The notes under the pieces: model-generated | Seen by the model: the letters and a program-made list of their open reading frames with translations, nothing else | Told to the model about the DNA's origin: nothing | The model's database searches: none | In this document: piece by piece, positions 9,921-19,147 of the stretch | Position numbering within the stretch: position 1 is the first letter of the stretch | Layout: every line of letters starts with the position of its first letter | Position numbers and translations under genes: made by a program | Origin: Candidatus Woesearchaeota archaeon | GTDB taxonomy: Archaea > Nanobdellota > Nanobdellia > SCGC-AAA011-G17 > JACPIM01 | DNA: 64,000 nt | Direction: 5' to 3' | Assembly: GCA_043817645.1 (NCBI GenBank) | Contig: JBDRGP010000013.1 | Coordinates: 21,687-85,686 of the forward strand

Positions 9921-10760
9921 ATGGCAACAAATCCAGATTATAAATATGCTAATGCTCAAGAAGAATACAACAATGCTAAAAGTGATGAAGAAAGACTACA
10001 AGCTTTAAAATTAATGTACCAAACTTGTCCTAAGCATAAAAGTGCAGAAAAACTAGCCTCGGATATAAAGAATAAAATAGCAAAACTAAAGAATAAATTA
10101 CAAAAACAAAAGAAACAATCTAAAAAAGGAGGTCGGTTCTCATTAAAAAAAGAAGGAGCCGCAACCGTTGCTTTGGTAGGGACTACAAACACTGGAAAAT
10201 CAACCTTGCTAAAAAAACTAACAGGCGCCAAGGTTGAAATAGCTGATTATAAATACACAACAAAAAAATCAGAAGTAGGCATTTTAGATTATCACGGAAT
10301 AAAATTACAAGTGGTAGAAATACCTTCTTTATTCGAAAACTTTGAAGATTCTCCGAAGGGGCCGGCATATCTAGCATTAATTAGACAATCAGATCTTATG
10401 GTGTTATTCTTTAAAACACCAGAAGAAAAAACTCTACTTAATCACGAATTGGATCAAGCCAATATAAATATCCCCATACTGATTTACAATGACCAAGAAG
10501 ATATCGCAGACCAATTCTGGAAACGCCTCCCATTAATTAAAGTACGTACAAAAATGCCTGGAAAAGATCCAGATTTCCCTCCAGTAGCCTTATCAAAGGG
10601 TTCAACTATAAGGTCTTTAGCTGAACATATTCATAAAGACTTCTTGAAAAATTTTAAATTTGCTCGCGTTTGGGGAAAATCAGCTAAATTCGATGGAGCC
10701 CAAGTGGGACTTAGTCATATCTTAAAAGACAATGATCTTGTTGAGTTACATATGAAATAA
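9921..10760 (+). CDS. DRG/Obg-family GTPase with TGS domain
   Basis: P.HK..EK, VG.TNTGKST, YKYTT, F.FARVWGKS..F..Q.VG..H.L.D.D. Confidence 0.88.
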   Translation: MATNPDYKYANAQEEYNNAKSDEERLQALKLMYQTCPKHKSAEKLASDIKNKIAKLKNKLQKQKKQSKKGGRFSLKKEGAATVALVGTTNTGKSTLLKKLTGAKVEIADYKYTTKKSEVGILDYHGIKLQVVEIPSLFENFEDSPKGPAYLALIRQSDLMVLFFKTPEEKTLLNHELDQANINIPILIYNDQEDIADQFWKRLPLIKVRTKMPGKDPDFPPVALSKGSTIRSLAEHIHKDFLKNFKFARVWGKSAKFDGAQVGLSHILKDNDLVELHMK

Positions 10761-10761
10761 T

Positions 10762-13371
10762 TTAATCTGCTACATCCTTCAAAGCCGCCTGAGCAGCAGC
10801 TAATCTAGCAATCGGAACCCTAAATGGGCTACAACTCACATCATCCAATCCTAATTTATGACAAAACTCTATCGACTTGGGATCCCCAGCATGTTCACCA
10901 CAAATCCCAATTTCAATTTCAGGATTAATTTCTCTAGCTTTCTTAACACAGATTTCCATCAATTTACCAACTCCACCCACATCAATACTCTGAAAAGGAT
11001 CTCTATCATAAATTCCATTTTCAACATACTTTGGCAAAAACCTTCCAGAATCATCTCTTGAAAATCCACAAGTCATTTGTGTTAAGTCATTAGTTCCAAA
11101 ACTAATAAAATCAACTCCCTTAGCAATTTCATCAGCGGTTATAGCTGCTCTTGGAACTTCAATCATAGCACCAATCTTATAATTTATACCTTCCAAATCC
11201 AGTTCAGAAGCAACACGTAGGATAATATCCTTAATCAACTTAAATTCTTTAACATTTCCAATTAATGGAACTTCGATATAGGGAATCGGAGTCACTCCAT
11301 CAACTTTAACTTCTTTAGCAGCTTCAAAAATAGCTTTTATCTGCATTTCATTAACTTCAGGATAAATAATTCCTATCCTGCATCCTCTGAATCCGAGCAT
11401 GGGATTAAATTCATGCAAATCAGCAAGTTTATTCCTTAATTTCTCCGAACTAACTCCCATTTCTTTAGCAATAACTTCGATATCTCTTTTATCTTTGGGC
11501 AGGAATTCATGTAAAGGCGGATCTAATAATCTAATTATTATAGGCAAGTTATCCATAACCTTAAATAATCCTTTGAAATCTTCTTTTTGCACAATTAATA
11601 ATTTTTCTAAAGCTCTTTTCCTTCCAACTGAATCCGCGGCTAAAATCATCTCTCTAACAGATTTAATCCTTTCACCTTCAAAGAACATGTGCTCTGTTCT
11701 ACAAAGACCGATCCCTTCAACCCCAAAATCTTTAGCAATTTGGGCATCTTTTGGTGTATCAGCATTAACCTTAATCTTCAATTTTCTTACTTCATCTGCC
11801 CATCCCATCAAAGTTGCAAAATTATCACCCAATTCCGGATCAATAACAGCGACCATATTCTTAAAGACCTCGCCCCTACTCCCATCTAATGTAATATAAT
11901 CTCCTTCTCTCAATTCAACATTTCCAATTTTCAAAATTTTTTCATCTTCATTAATCACCATATCGCCACATCCAACAACACAGCATTTTCCCATCCCGCG
12001 AGCAATAACAGCTGCGTGGGAAGTAATCCCACCTCTTGCAGTTAAAATTCCTTTAGCAGCATTCATCCCTTCTATATCTTCAGGGGTAGTTTCAGTTCTA
12101 ACCAAAATTACATCATACCCTGCATGAGCTTTTTGATGTGCCTCTTCTGGTGAAAAAACTATCCTGCCAACAGCAGCTCCAGGACTTGCTGGCAGCCCTC
12201 TAGCTAAAAATTCTGACATCTCCCTCGCAACAGGATCTATTTGCTTATGCAATAGTTGATCTAATTGAGAAGGATCAATAACCATTAAGGCTTCTTCTTT
12301 AGTTAACACTCCCTCATTAACCATATCAACCGCAATATTCACTGCCGCTCTGCCGGTTCTTTTTCCACTCCTAGTTTGCAACAAATATAATCTACCGTTC
12401 TGGATAGTAAATTCCATATCTTGGAGATCTTTATAATGTTCCTCAAGTTTTTCTCTAATCTCTAAAAGCTGTTTATAACACTCAGGCATTACTTCTTTTA
12501 ATTTAGAAATTGGTTCGGGCGTTCTTATTCCAGCAACAACATCTTCTCCTTGGGAATTTATTAGATATTCTCCATAAAATTTCTTTTCTCCTGTGCTAGG
12601 ATCTCTTGAAAAACAAACTCCTGTACCGCTATCATCGCCCATATTGCCAAAAACCATCACTTGTATATTAACTGCTGTTCCTTTCAAACCAACAAGGTTA
12701 TTTAATTTTCTATAGGCAATAGCCCTAGAACCCCCCCAAGAATTCAAAACAGCATCGACAGCCATAATTAACTGATCAAAAGAATGTTGAGGAAAAACAC
12801 CCTTTTCATTTTGAATCAATTGGTTATATCTTCCAATAACCTCTTTCAAGTCTTCTTCATCAAGTTCAGTATCAAACTTTGCCCCTTTAGTATTCTTAAC
12901 ATTATCCAAAATTTCCTCAAATTTTCTATGTTTAACTCCCAGCACCACATTACCAAACATTTGTATAAATCTTCTATAAGAATCATAAGCAAATCTTTTG
13001 TTGCCCGTTTTATTTATCAAGCCTTTAACAGTTTCATCATTTAAACCCAAATTTAATATAGTATCCAACATTCCAGGCATAGACCTGGCAGCACCAGAAC
13101 GAACAGAAACTAACAAGGGATTATTTTTATCTCCCAATTTTGCCCCCATCTCATCTTCTAATTTTTGTAAATTTTCTTTTATTTGAGCAATAACGCCATC
13201 CGGATATTCCTTATTAGTATCATGATACTCCTTACAAACATCTATACTAATAGTAAAACCACAAGGAACAGGCAAGCCCAATCTTTTCATCTCAGCCAGA
13301 TTGGCTCCTTTACCTCCCAGTATCTCTTTCATATCCTTATTGCCTTCTTCAAAGGGATATACATACTTCAT
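10762..13371 (-). CDS. ppdK: pyruvate, phosphate dikinase
   Basis: LGGKGANL, SVRSGA, GEDVVAG.RTP, TSHAAV (phospho-His), GLCRTEHMF, SFGTNDLTQ, GICGEH. Confidence 0.97.
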   Translation of the reverse strand: MKYVYPFEEGNKDMKEILGGKGANLAEMKRLGLPVPCGFTISIDVCKEYHDTNKEYPDGVIAQIKENLQKLEDEMGAKLGDKNNPLLVSVRSGAARSMPGMLDTILNLGLNDETVKGLINKTGNKRFAYDSYRRFIQMFGNVVLGVKHRKFEEILDNVKNTKGAKFDTELDEEDLKEVIGRYNQLIQNEKGVFPQHSFDQLIMAVDAVLNSWGGSRAIAYRKLNNLVGLKGTAVNIQVMVFGNMGDDSGTGVCFSRDPSTGEKKFYGEYLINSQGEDVVAGIRTPEPISKLKEVMPECYKQLLEIREKLEEHYKDLQDMEFTIQNGRLYLLQTRSGKRTGRAAVNIAVDMVNEGVLTKEEALMVIDPSQLDQLLHKQIDPVAREMSEFLARGLPASPGAAVGRIVFSPEEAHQKAHAGYDVILVRTETTPEDIEGMNAAKGILTARGGITSHAAVIARGMGKCCVVGCGDMVINEDEKILKIGNVELREGDYITLDGSRGEVFKNMVAVIDPELGDNFATLMGWADEVRKLKIKVNADTPKDAQIAKDFGVEGIGLCRTEHMFFEGERIKSVREMILAADSVGRKRALEKLLIVQKEDFKGLFKVMDNLPIIIRLLDPPLHEFLPKDKRDIEVIAKEMGVSSEKLRNKLADLHEFNPMLGFRGCRIGIIYPEVNEMQIKAIFEAAKEVKVDGVTPIPYIEVPLIGNVKEFKLIKDIILRVASELDLEGINYKIGAMIEVPRAAITADEIAKGVDFISFGTNDLTQMTCGFSRDDSGRFLPKYVENGIYDRDPFQSIDVGGVGKLMEICVKKAREINPEIEIGICGEHAGDPKSIEFCHKLGLDDVSCSPFRVPIARLAAAQAALKDVAD

Positions 13372-13438
13372 CCAAAACCCCCCAAAACACCCCTGATAAT
13401 CAATAAAACTTTAATAATCTATCTATTCCCTACAATTT

Positions 13439-14041
13439 ATGAAACACTTAGAGAAGGCCTATATTCCAAGAAAAAAAGAAATTCTCTCCAGGCTTAAAGA
13501 CTTTAAAAAAGTAAAAGGAGACAATTTATTCTATGAATTATGTTTCTGTATATTAACACCTCAATCTTCGGGATTCAAAGCCGACGAGTGTATTGAAGAA
13601 TTTAAAAGAAAAAAATTTCTTTATTCAAACTACAATCCAAAAAACTTGCTCAAGAAAAAAATAAGATTTCACAACATCAAAACAAAATATCTCTTAGAAT
13701 TAAAAAAGAATTACAAAAATATCATTAATTCTTTAAACAAAATAAACACTCCTGAAGAAAAAAGATTATTCCTATTTAAAAATGTTAACGGTCTGGGTTT
13801 AAAAGAAAGTTCACATTATTTAAGAAACACAGGCCACGAAAACCTAGCAATCTTAGATAGGCACATCTTAAAAAACTTAAAAAAATATAATGTACTAAAA
13901 ACCCTACCAAAGTACTTAACAAATAAAAAATATTTTGAAATAGAAAACAAATTCAAAAAATTCTCAAAAAAAGTAAACATCCCGATGGACCATTTAGATT
14001 TATTATTTTGGGCAGAAGAGACAGGCAAGGTCTTCAAATAA
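13439..14041 (+). CDS. ogg: 8-oxoguanine N-glycosylase/AP lyase (OGG2 family)
   Basis: ELCFCILTPQ, RFHN.K, GLGLKESSH.LRN.G, AILDRH, C-terminal W..ETG.VFK. Confidence 0.92.
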   Translation: MKHLEKAYIPRKKEILSRLKDFKKVKGDNLFYELCFCILTPQSSGFKADECIEEFKRKKFLYSNYNPKNLLKKKIRFHNIKTKYLLELKKNYKNIINSLNKINTPEEKRLFLFKNVNGLGLKESSHYLRNTGHENLAILDRHILKNLKKYNVLKTLPKYLTNKKYFEIENKFKKFSKKVNIPMDHLDLLFWAEETGKVFK

Positions 14042-14552
14042 TAGTCACTTCCACCCCATTTCCAATTTTCACTAAACAACTCTTATACTTTTCCCTCACA
14101 AAATCACAATACTCTTTTAAATTATGAGTTAGAATATTATCTGCAACAACAATCGCTCCTTTATTAAACTTAATCAACTTAAAATAATTAAGATAGTCTT
14201 TTTTGATAGCATCAATAAAAACAAAATCAAATTTTTCATTTAGTTTATGCAAAATCTCTAAAGCATCTCCTTCAATTACTTTAGTATTCTTCAACCCTGC
14301 TTTTTTAAAATTTTCCTTTGCCAATTTTAGTTTTTCAGGATTTTTTTCAATAGTTACAATTTTATCCCCATCCAACCCTAGCCAAATCGTAGAATAACCA
14401 TTACTAGTGCCAACTTCGAGAATATTTTTTGGTTTTTTTATTTTAACAAGCAAATTCAAAAATTCGCCAGCCTCTTTGGGAATATTAAACATATGGCGTT
14501 CTTTTCCAAATCTCTCTAATTCTTCCAGCAAATCCAATATCTTCTTATCCAT
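14034..14552 (-). CDS. SAM-dependent O-methyltransferase (YrrM/COMT-like)
   Basis: ILEVGTSNGYSTIW, FDFVFIDA.K..Y, IVVADN; start assumed at MDKK. Confidence 0.85.
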   Translation of the reverse strand: MDKKILDLLEELERFGKERHMFNIPKEAGEFLNLLVKIKKPKNILEVGTSNGYSTIWLGLDGDKIVTIEKNPEKLKLAKENFKKAGLKNTKVIEGDALEILHKLNEKFDFVFIDAIKKDYLNYFKLIKFNKGAIVVADNILTHNLKEYCDFVREKYKSCLVKIGNGVEVTII

Positions 14553-14604
14553 GGTTTTTAGCTTAAACAACAAACTTTAAAAAAACTTCTCTCTTACTAA
14601 AAGT

Positions 14605-15258
14605 ATGAATGAAAAAGCCCTAAAAATACTTAAAATCCTAAAAAAAGAGTACGTCAAACATTCAAGACCAGTATCAACCTTTTTCCAGGAAACAACTAAG
14701 GATACCTTTAAGGTTTTAATCTCAACAATTTTAAGTCCAAGAGCCAAAGATACTCAAACAGAAAAAGTCTCTAAGAAATTATTCAAAATAGCAGCAACAC
14801 CAGAAAAATTAGTAAAACTAAATACAAAAAGGTTACAAAAAACAGTTTATTCAATAGGTTTCTACAAAGTAAAATCAAAAAGAATTAAACAAGCTTCTCA
14901 ATATTTATTAACTAATCATAAAGGCAGAGTTCCAAATAAACAAGAAGAGTTAATGAAAATTCCAGGAGTAGGAAGAAAAGTTGCAAATATAATTTTGTCA
15001 GAATGTTTCAAGCTTTCATTTATTCCTGTAGATGTCCATATGCACAGACTTCCAAACAGACTGGGCTTAATAAAAACAAAGAAACCAATAGAAACAGAAA
15101 AAGCATTAATGAAACTTTATCCAAAAAAAGAATGGAGAACCTTAAACAAGTACTTTGTTGTTCACGGTCAAAATACCTGCGTCCCAATTTCCCCTTTTTG
15201 CAGTAAATGTGCAATAGAAAAATATTGTAATAAGGTTAGTGTCAAAAGGCGTAGATAA
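14605..15258 (+). CDS. nth: endonuclease III
   Basis: HhH motif IPGVGRKVAN, PVDVH.HR, C-x6-C-x2-C-x5-C Fe-S motif. Confidence 0.93.
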   Translation: MNEKALKILKILKKEYVKHSRPVSTFFQETTKDTFKVLISTILSPRAKDTQTEKVSKKLFKIAATPEKLVKLNTKRLQKTVYSIGFYKVKSKRIKQASQYLLTNHKGRVPNKQEELMKIPGVGRKVANIILSECFKLSFIPVDVHMHRLPNRLGLIKTKKPIETEKALMKLYPKKEWRTLNKYFVVHGQNTCVPISPFCSKCAIEKYCNKVSVKRRR

Positions 15259-15261
15259 GTT

Positions 15262-16578
15262 TCAAACTATTTCCCCTGCAGCCTTCATTCTTGCTAGAAG
15301 GGGCCCAGTGACAAACATTTTTTTTGCTTGCGGGGAAGTCCAAAATCCTTGGAGCAACATCTTCATCGCAGCTGTTCTATTTTTCGGTTTTCTGAAATCA
15401 ATCTCTTTTCGTAAAGCCGAAACTATATTTTTGGTTTGTATTCTCCCCATAACGTACTGTAAATCAGCCAAAGTTTCGCTAAAAGTTCTGTCATCGAATA
15501 AGTAAAAATCTCTAAAAAAGCGGGGGTTGCCTGTTAGTTCAGCAAAAACCAGTTTAGGACGATGCTCCCGGCGATAATTTGTATTATCTTCATTCTCCGT
15601 ATCGTGAAATGCCAACACGTCATAAACAATTTGCCACAACTTTCTACTTATATAAAGTTCCTCTGCACCAGGTATCCTCTCTGGGTCATTAAACTTCCCC
15701 TTGAACAGATTTCTATTTCTTTTCATCCATCCTAATGCAAAATCCATAGTATACAACGCAACCCCCTCGCCCAACACCCCTTGTATCTGTGTCAAATATC
15801 CTTGCTCATCAGGAAGGAGACCGCGAGGCATATTTCTTGAAAAACGAAAATTTAAGTTATGCCCTATTATTTCATGATTAAAATGGTTTAATGCAGTTGC
15901 AGATACATTTCCATCCTGGCTGAACAATTTAGGATTCATTGCAGCAAGTCTCGTAGTATCATCCCAAAAGCTAAATCCAAATAAAGGCGGAGATAACGCG
16001 AGATCATATTCAAGTTTATCTTCCAACAAGCCAGTATCTACACAAATCTTTTGCACCAGCTCCTTGTATTTCTCAAGTTGTCCTAACAAAGCCGCCCTTA
16101 CAGATTCAAATTCAGGCTCTCTCTGGATCCACGTTCTTGCAAAATCATCAGCACTGGCCCTATGTAAAACACGAGAATGTATTACTCCCTTCAACATAGC
16201 TTGCAATTGGGTATATGCCCCATTACCATAAATAACGCTTAACAAATTGGCAATTTTTGCCACTTCTTTCGGATTATAAAGATAGTTCATACTCGCATGA
16301 ATCCTTCGAACATTCTCTCCCACATCTACTAAAACAGCAGCATCAAAATCATTGAGAGATACACTTTCTAACTTATTTAGCCCTCTTTCCAACCTACTAA
16401 CCAACACATTGGCTTCTTTTATGGTTTCACCAGAAATAAACGTAGGATAAGGGCTTCCTCCCAATGCCTGATGTTCTAAAAGACCATATGTTCTATTTAA
16501 TCTCACCCTGTCTCCATCCAAGCGTTTTAGAGAGACATTCTTTGTTTCCCAGGCACATAATTCTTTATCTACTTTCAT
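15262..16578 (-). CDS. putative zincin-like metallopeptidase (DUF885/M2-like motif)
   Basis: HEIIGH followed by a downstream EG.ALY third-ligand motif. Confidence 0.55.
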   Translation of the reverse strand: MKVDKELCAWETKNVSLKRLDGDRVRLNRTYGLLEHQALGGSPYPTFISGETIKEANVLVSRLERGLNKLESVSLNDFDAAVLVDVGENVRRIHASMNYLYNPKEVAKIANLLSVIYGNGAYTQLQAMLKGVIHSRVLHRASADDFARTWIQREPEFESVRAALLGQLEKYKELVQKICVDTGLLEDKLEYDLALSPPLFGFSFWDDTTRLAAMNPKLFSQDGNVSATALNHFNHEIIGHNLNFRFSRNMPRGLLPDEQGYLTQIQGVLGEGVALYTMDFALGWMKRNRNLFKGKFNDPERIPGAEELYISRKLWQIVYDVLAFHDTENEDNTNYRREHRPKLVFAELTGNPRFFRDFYLFDDRTFSETLADLQYVMGRIQTKNIVSALRKEIDFRKPKNRTAAMKMLLQGFWTSPQAKKMFVTGPLLARMKAAGEIV

Positions 16579-16783
16579 GTTCCATTACCTAACTCCCAAC
16601 AGAATTCAAATTTTGGGGCACTAACCTAAAACAATCCACCCACCACCTAACTTTCCTCAAAAGCCCCTTTAAATCATTTATTGTAGTAGAACAATATCAT
16701 TTTATCCTCCCATAACAAGCCCAAAGAAAGACCAATTTAAATCACAATAATCTTTTTAAACCAAACTTTTGAAGACCAATACT

Positions 16784-17941
16784 ATGAAATATATCCTATC
16801 TAGCGAAAGTGTTACCGAAGGGCACCCAGACAAAATGTGCGATCAGATAAGTGACGCAATTTTAGATGAAGCACTAAGACAAGACCCGCAAAGCAGAGTA
16901 GCAATCGAATGTGCAACAAAAAATGGCGGCGTAATGGTCTTTGGAGAGATGACAACAAAAGGTTATATTGATGTTCCAAAAATTGTAAGACAAGTAATAA
17001 AAGATATAGGATACACAAAATCAGATTATGGAATTGAATGGGAAACCTGCTCAGTTTGGTCACAAATAACAGAACAAAGTCCGGATATTTCCCAAGGCGT
17101 TACAGAAGGAGAAGGTCTCCATAAAGAACAAGGAGCAGGAGATCAAGGAATGATGTTTGGCTATGCTTGTAATGAAACCCCCGAACTAATGCCCATGCCA
17201 ATAATGCTCGCGCACAAATTAGTCAAAAAACTTTCAGAAGTTAAAAAAACTGAATTATCATACATAAGACCTGATGGTAAAAGCCAGGTTTCAGTTGAAT
17301 ATGAAGATGGTAAACCGCTAAGAATAGATTCAGTAGTAATAGCCGCACAGCACGATCCTGATGTAGATTATGAAACTATAAAGAATGATATAATCGAGAA
17401 AGTTATAAAACCAGTTTGTGGAGACATGATTGATGAAAATACAAACCTTCATGTTAATCCTACAGGTTCTTTTGTCCGAGGAGGACCCTATGCCGATGCA
17501 GGCCTAACTGGAAGAAAAATAATTGTTGATACTTATGGAGGCTTGGGTAGACATGGTGGAGGTGCATTTGGTGGAAAGGACCCATCTAAGGTTGATAGAT
17601 CTGCAGCTTACATGGCAAGATACATAGCAAAAAATATTGTTGCTGCAGGCTTAGCAGATAAATGCGAGCTCCAATTAGCCTACATTATTGGAAAAGCAGA
17701 CCCAGTATCTGTTCATGTAGATTGTTTTGGCACAAATAAAATTCCTCCAGAAAAAATCTCAGAGATAATCAGGGAAGTATTTCCTCTTAAACCAAAAGAA
17801 ATATTGGACCATTTGCAATTAAGAAGACCGATATATAGAAAAACCTCTTATTATGGCCATTTCGGAAGAGATGACCCAGATTTCACCTGGGAAAACCTGG
17901 ATAAAGTCCAAATTCTAAAAGAAAAAGCAGGAATCTCTTAA
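16784..17941 (+). CDS. metK: S-adenosylmethionine synthetase, bacterial/eukaryotic type
   Basis: [45 protein letters not shown]. Confidence 0.96.
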   Translation: MKYILSSESVTEGHPDKMCDQISDAILDEALRQDPQSRVAIECATKNGGVMVFGEMTTKGYIDVPKIVRQVIKDIGYTKSDYGIEWETCSVWSQITEQSPDISQGVTEGEGLHKEQGAGDQGMMFGYACNETPELMPMPIMLAHKLVKKLSEVKKTELSYIRPDGKSQVSVEYEDGKPLRIDSVVIAAQHDPDVDYETIKNDIIEKVIKPVCGDMIDENTNLHVNPTGSFVRGGPYADAGLTGRKIIVDTYGGLGRHGGGAFGGKDPSKVDRSAAYMARYIAKNIVAAGLADKCELQLAYIIGKADPVSVHVDCFGTNKIPPEKISEIIREVFPLKPKEILDHLQLRRPIYRKTSYYGHFGRDDPDFTWENLDKVQILKEKAGIS

Positions 17942-17998
17942 TTACAAGTTCCCTAGAATACAAAAAGATTTATTTAGGCTTTCTTAAGTTATTTAGGT

Positions 17999-18673
17999 AT
18001 GGAAAACGAGAGGATCGAACAGCTTCTTCAGGACTTAAAAACTGTAAAAAAGGGAGACGTTTATTACGATAACCCCAAAATAAAAAAACAATTCTCAGAT
18101 CTAATTGGATTATCTATAAAATTAATGCCAGAAAATAAAGAAAAACTTCTAGAACTAAAAGAAAAAGTTATGAACAGGCCTCATGGCCCATTCGGTTCCG
18201 ATGTTATTTCCTCATGTAAACTTTTGAAAGGATTTTTAGATAAAAATATTAAAAATGAAACTAAGAAACAATTCCTAAACTCCCAGGATTTACTTAATCA
18301 AGCCGGCATTGCACTAAGACAAGGCCATGAAGCATATTCTATAAACCTATGCGATTCTGCAATTGAATCTTTTCTAAAAGAAATGTTTGATGTCCCTTCA
18401 ACAATAGTTGGAGCCGGTTCAGTAAAATTCCTTAGCGAATGCATGATACTAAACATACCAAGCGGGCTGGAACTATATCTAAAAGAAGTAAAAAATAAAG
18501 TTTGCCAAATGAATAACCAAATAAAACATAAAGGTTATGTTCCGACTAGACTGGATGCAATTAACGCTCTAAAATCAACAGAAGAAGTTCTAATCAGAAA
18601 AAACAGATTCAGAACCTTAACACAAGCAGAAAAAAGAAAGGTGCAACAAGGTATAAACGTGATAAAGAAGTAA
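17999..18673 (+). CDS. hypothetical protein, possible HEPN-like C-terminal helical domain
   Basis: A..AL..G....SI..C..AIE.FLK and N.IKH.GY.P...DA pattern; weak. Confidence 0.5.
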   Translation: MENERIEQLLQDLKTVKKGDVYYDNPKIKKQFSDLIGLSIKLMPENKEKLLELKEKVMNRPHGPFGSDVISSCKLLKGFLDKNIKNETKKQFLNSQDLLNQAGIALRQGHEAYSINLCDSAIESFLKEMFDVPSTIVGAGSVKFLSECMILNIPSGLELYLKEVKNKVCQMNNQIKHKGYVPTRLDAINALKSTEEVLIRKNRFRTLTQAEKRKVQQGINVIKK

Positions 18674-18791
18674 CGCAAACAATAAAAACATAGAAATTAT
18701 TTTATTTTCATACCTTATTAATCATAATCTTCAAGCTCTATACTCTCTAGGTGGAGAGAATATAATTTCTTACGAAGAAGTTGAAAGAGGA

Positions 18792-19046
18792 ATGGAAATA
18801 ATAGAGCAAATGAAAACAGAACCCGAAGTTCTAGGATCACCTGCCCCCCATGAAGAAGTAGACTACTCTGATAGAACACCCCCGCAAGAAGTAGACCATT
18901 CAGATTGGTCTCCCCCACCTCCTCCAGAACCAAGAAGAAGTTATTTTTCAAAAGTCATTTATACCATTGTCGCTTTATTCATCTTTATACTCTTTGTAGC
19001 CATTGTAATTTTATGGGACAAACACAGACAATCTAAAGGTTTTTGA
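18792..19046 (+). CDS. small Pro-rich single-pass membrane protein with internal repeat
   Basis: EEVDYSD..PP / QEVDHSD..PP repeat, C-terminal TM. Confidence 0.55.
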   Translation: MEIIEQMKTEPEVLGSPAPHEEVDYSDRTPPQEVDHSDWSPPPPPEPRRSYFSKVIYTIVALFIFILFVAIVILWDKHRQSKGF

Positions 19047-19147
19047 TTTCAAAACAAGCCCCAAATAAAGAAGTAGTATATATTCTAATTAAATTAAACA
19101 AACCATTTATAAATCCAAACATCCTATTTTGAAAAAAATTCTAAAAA

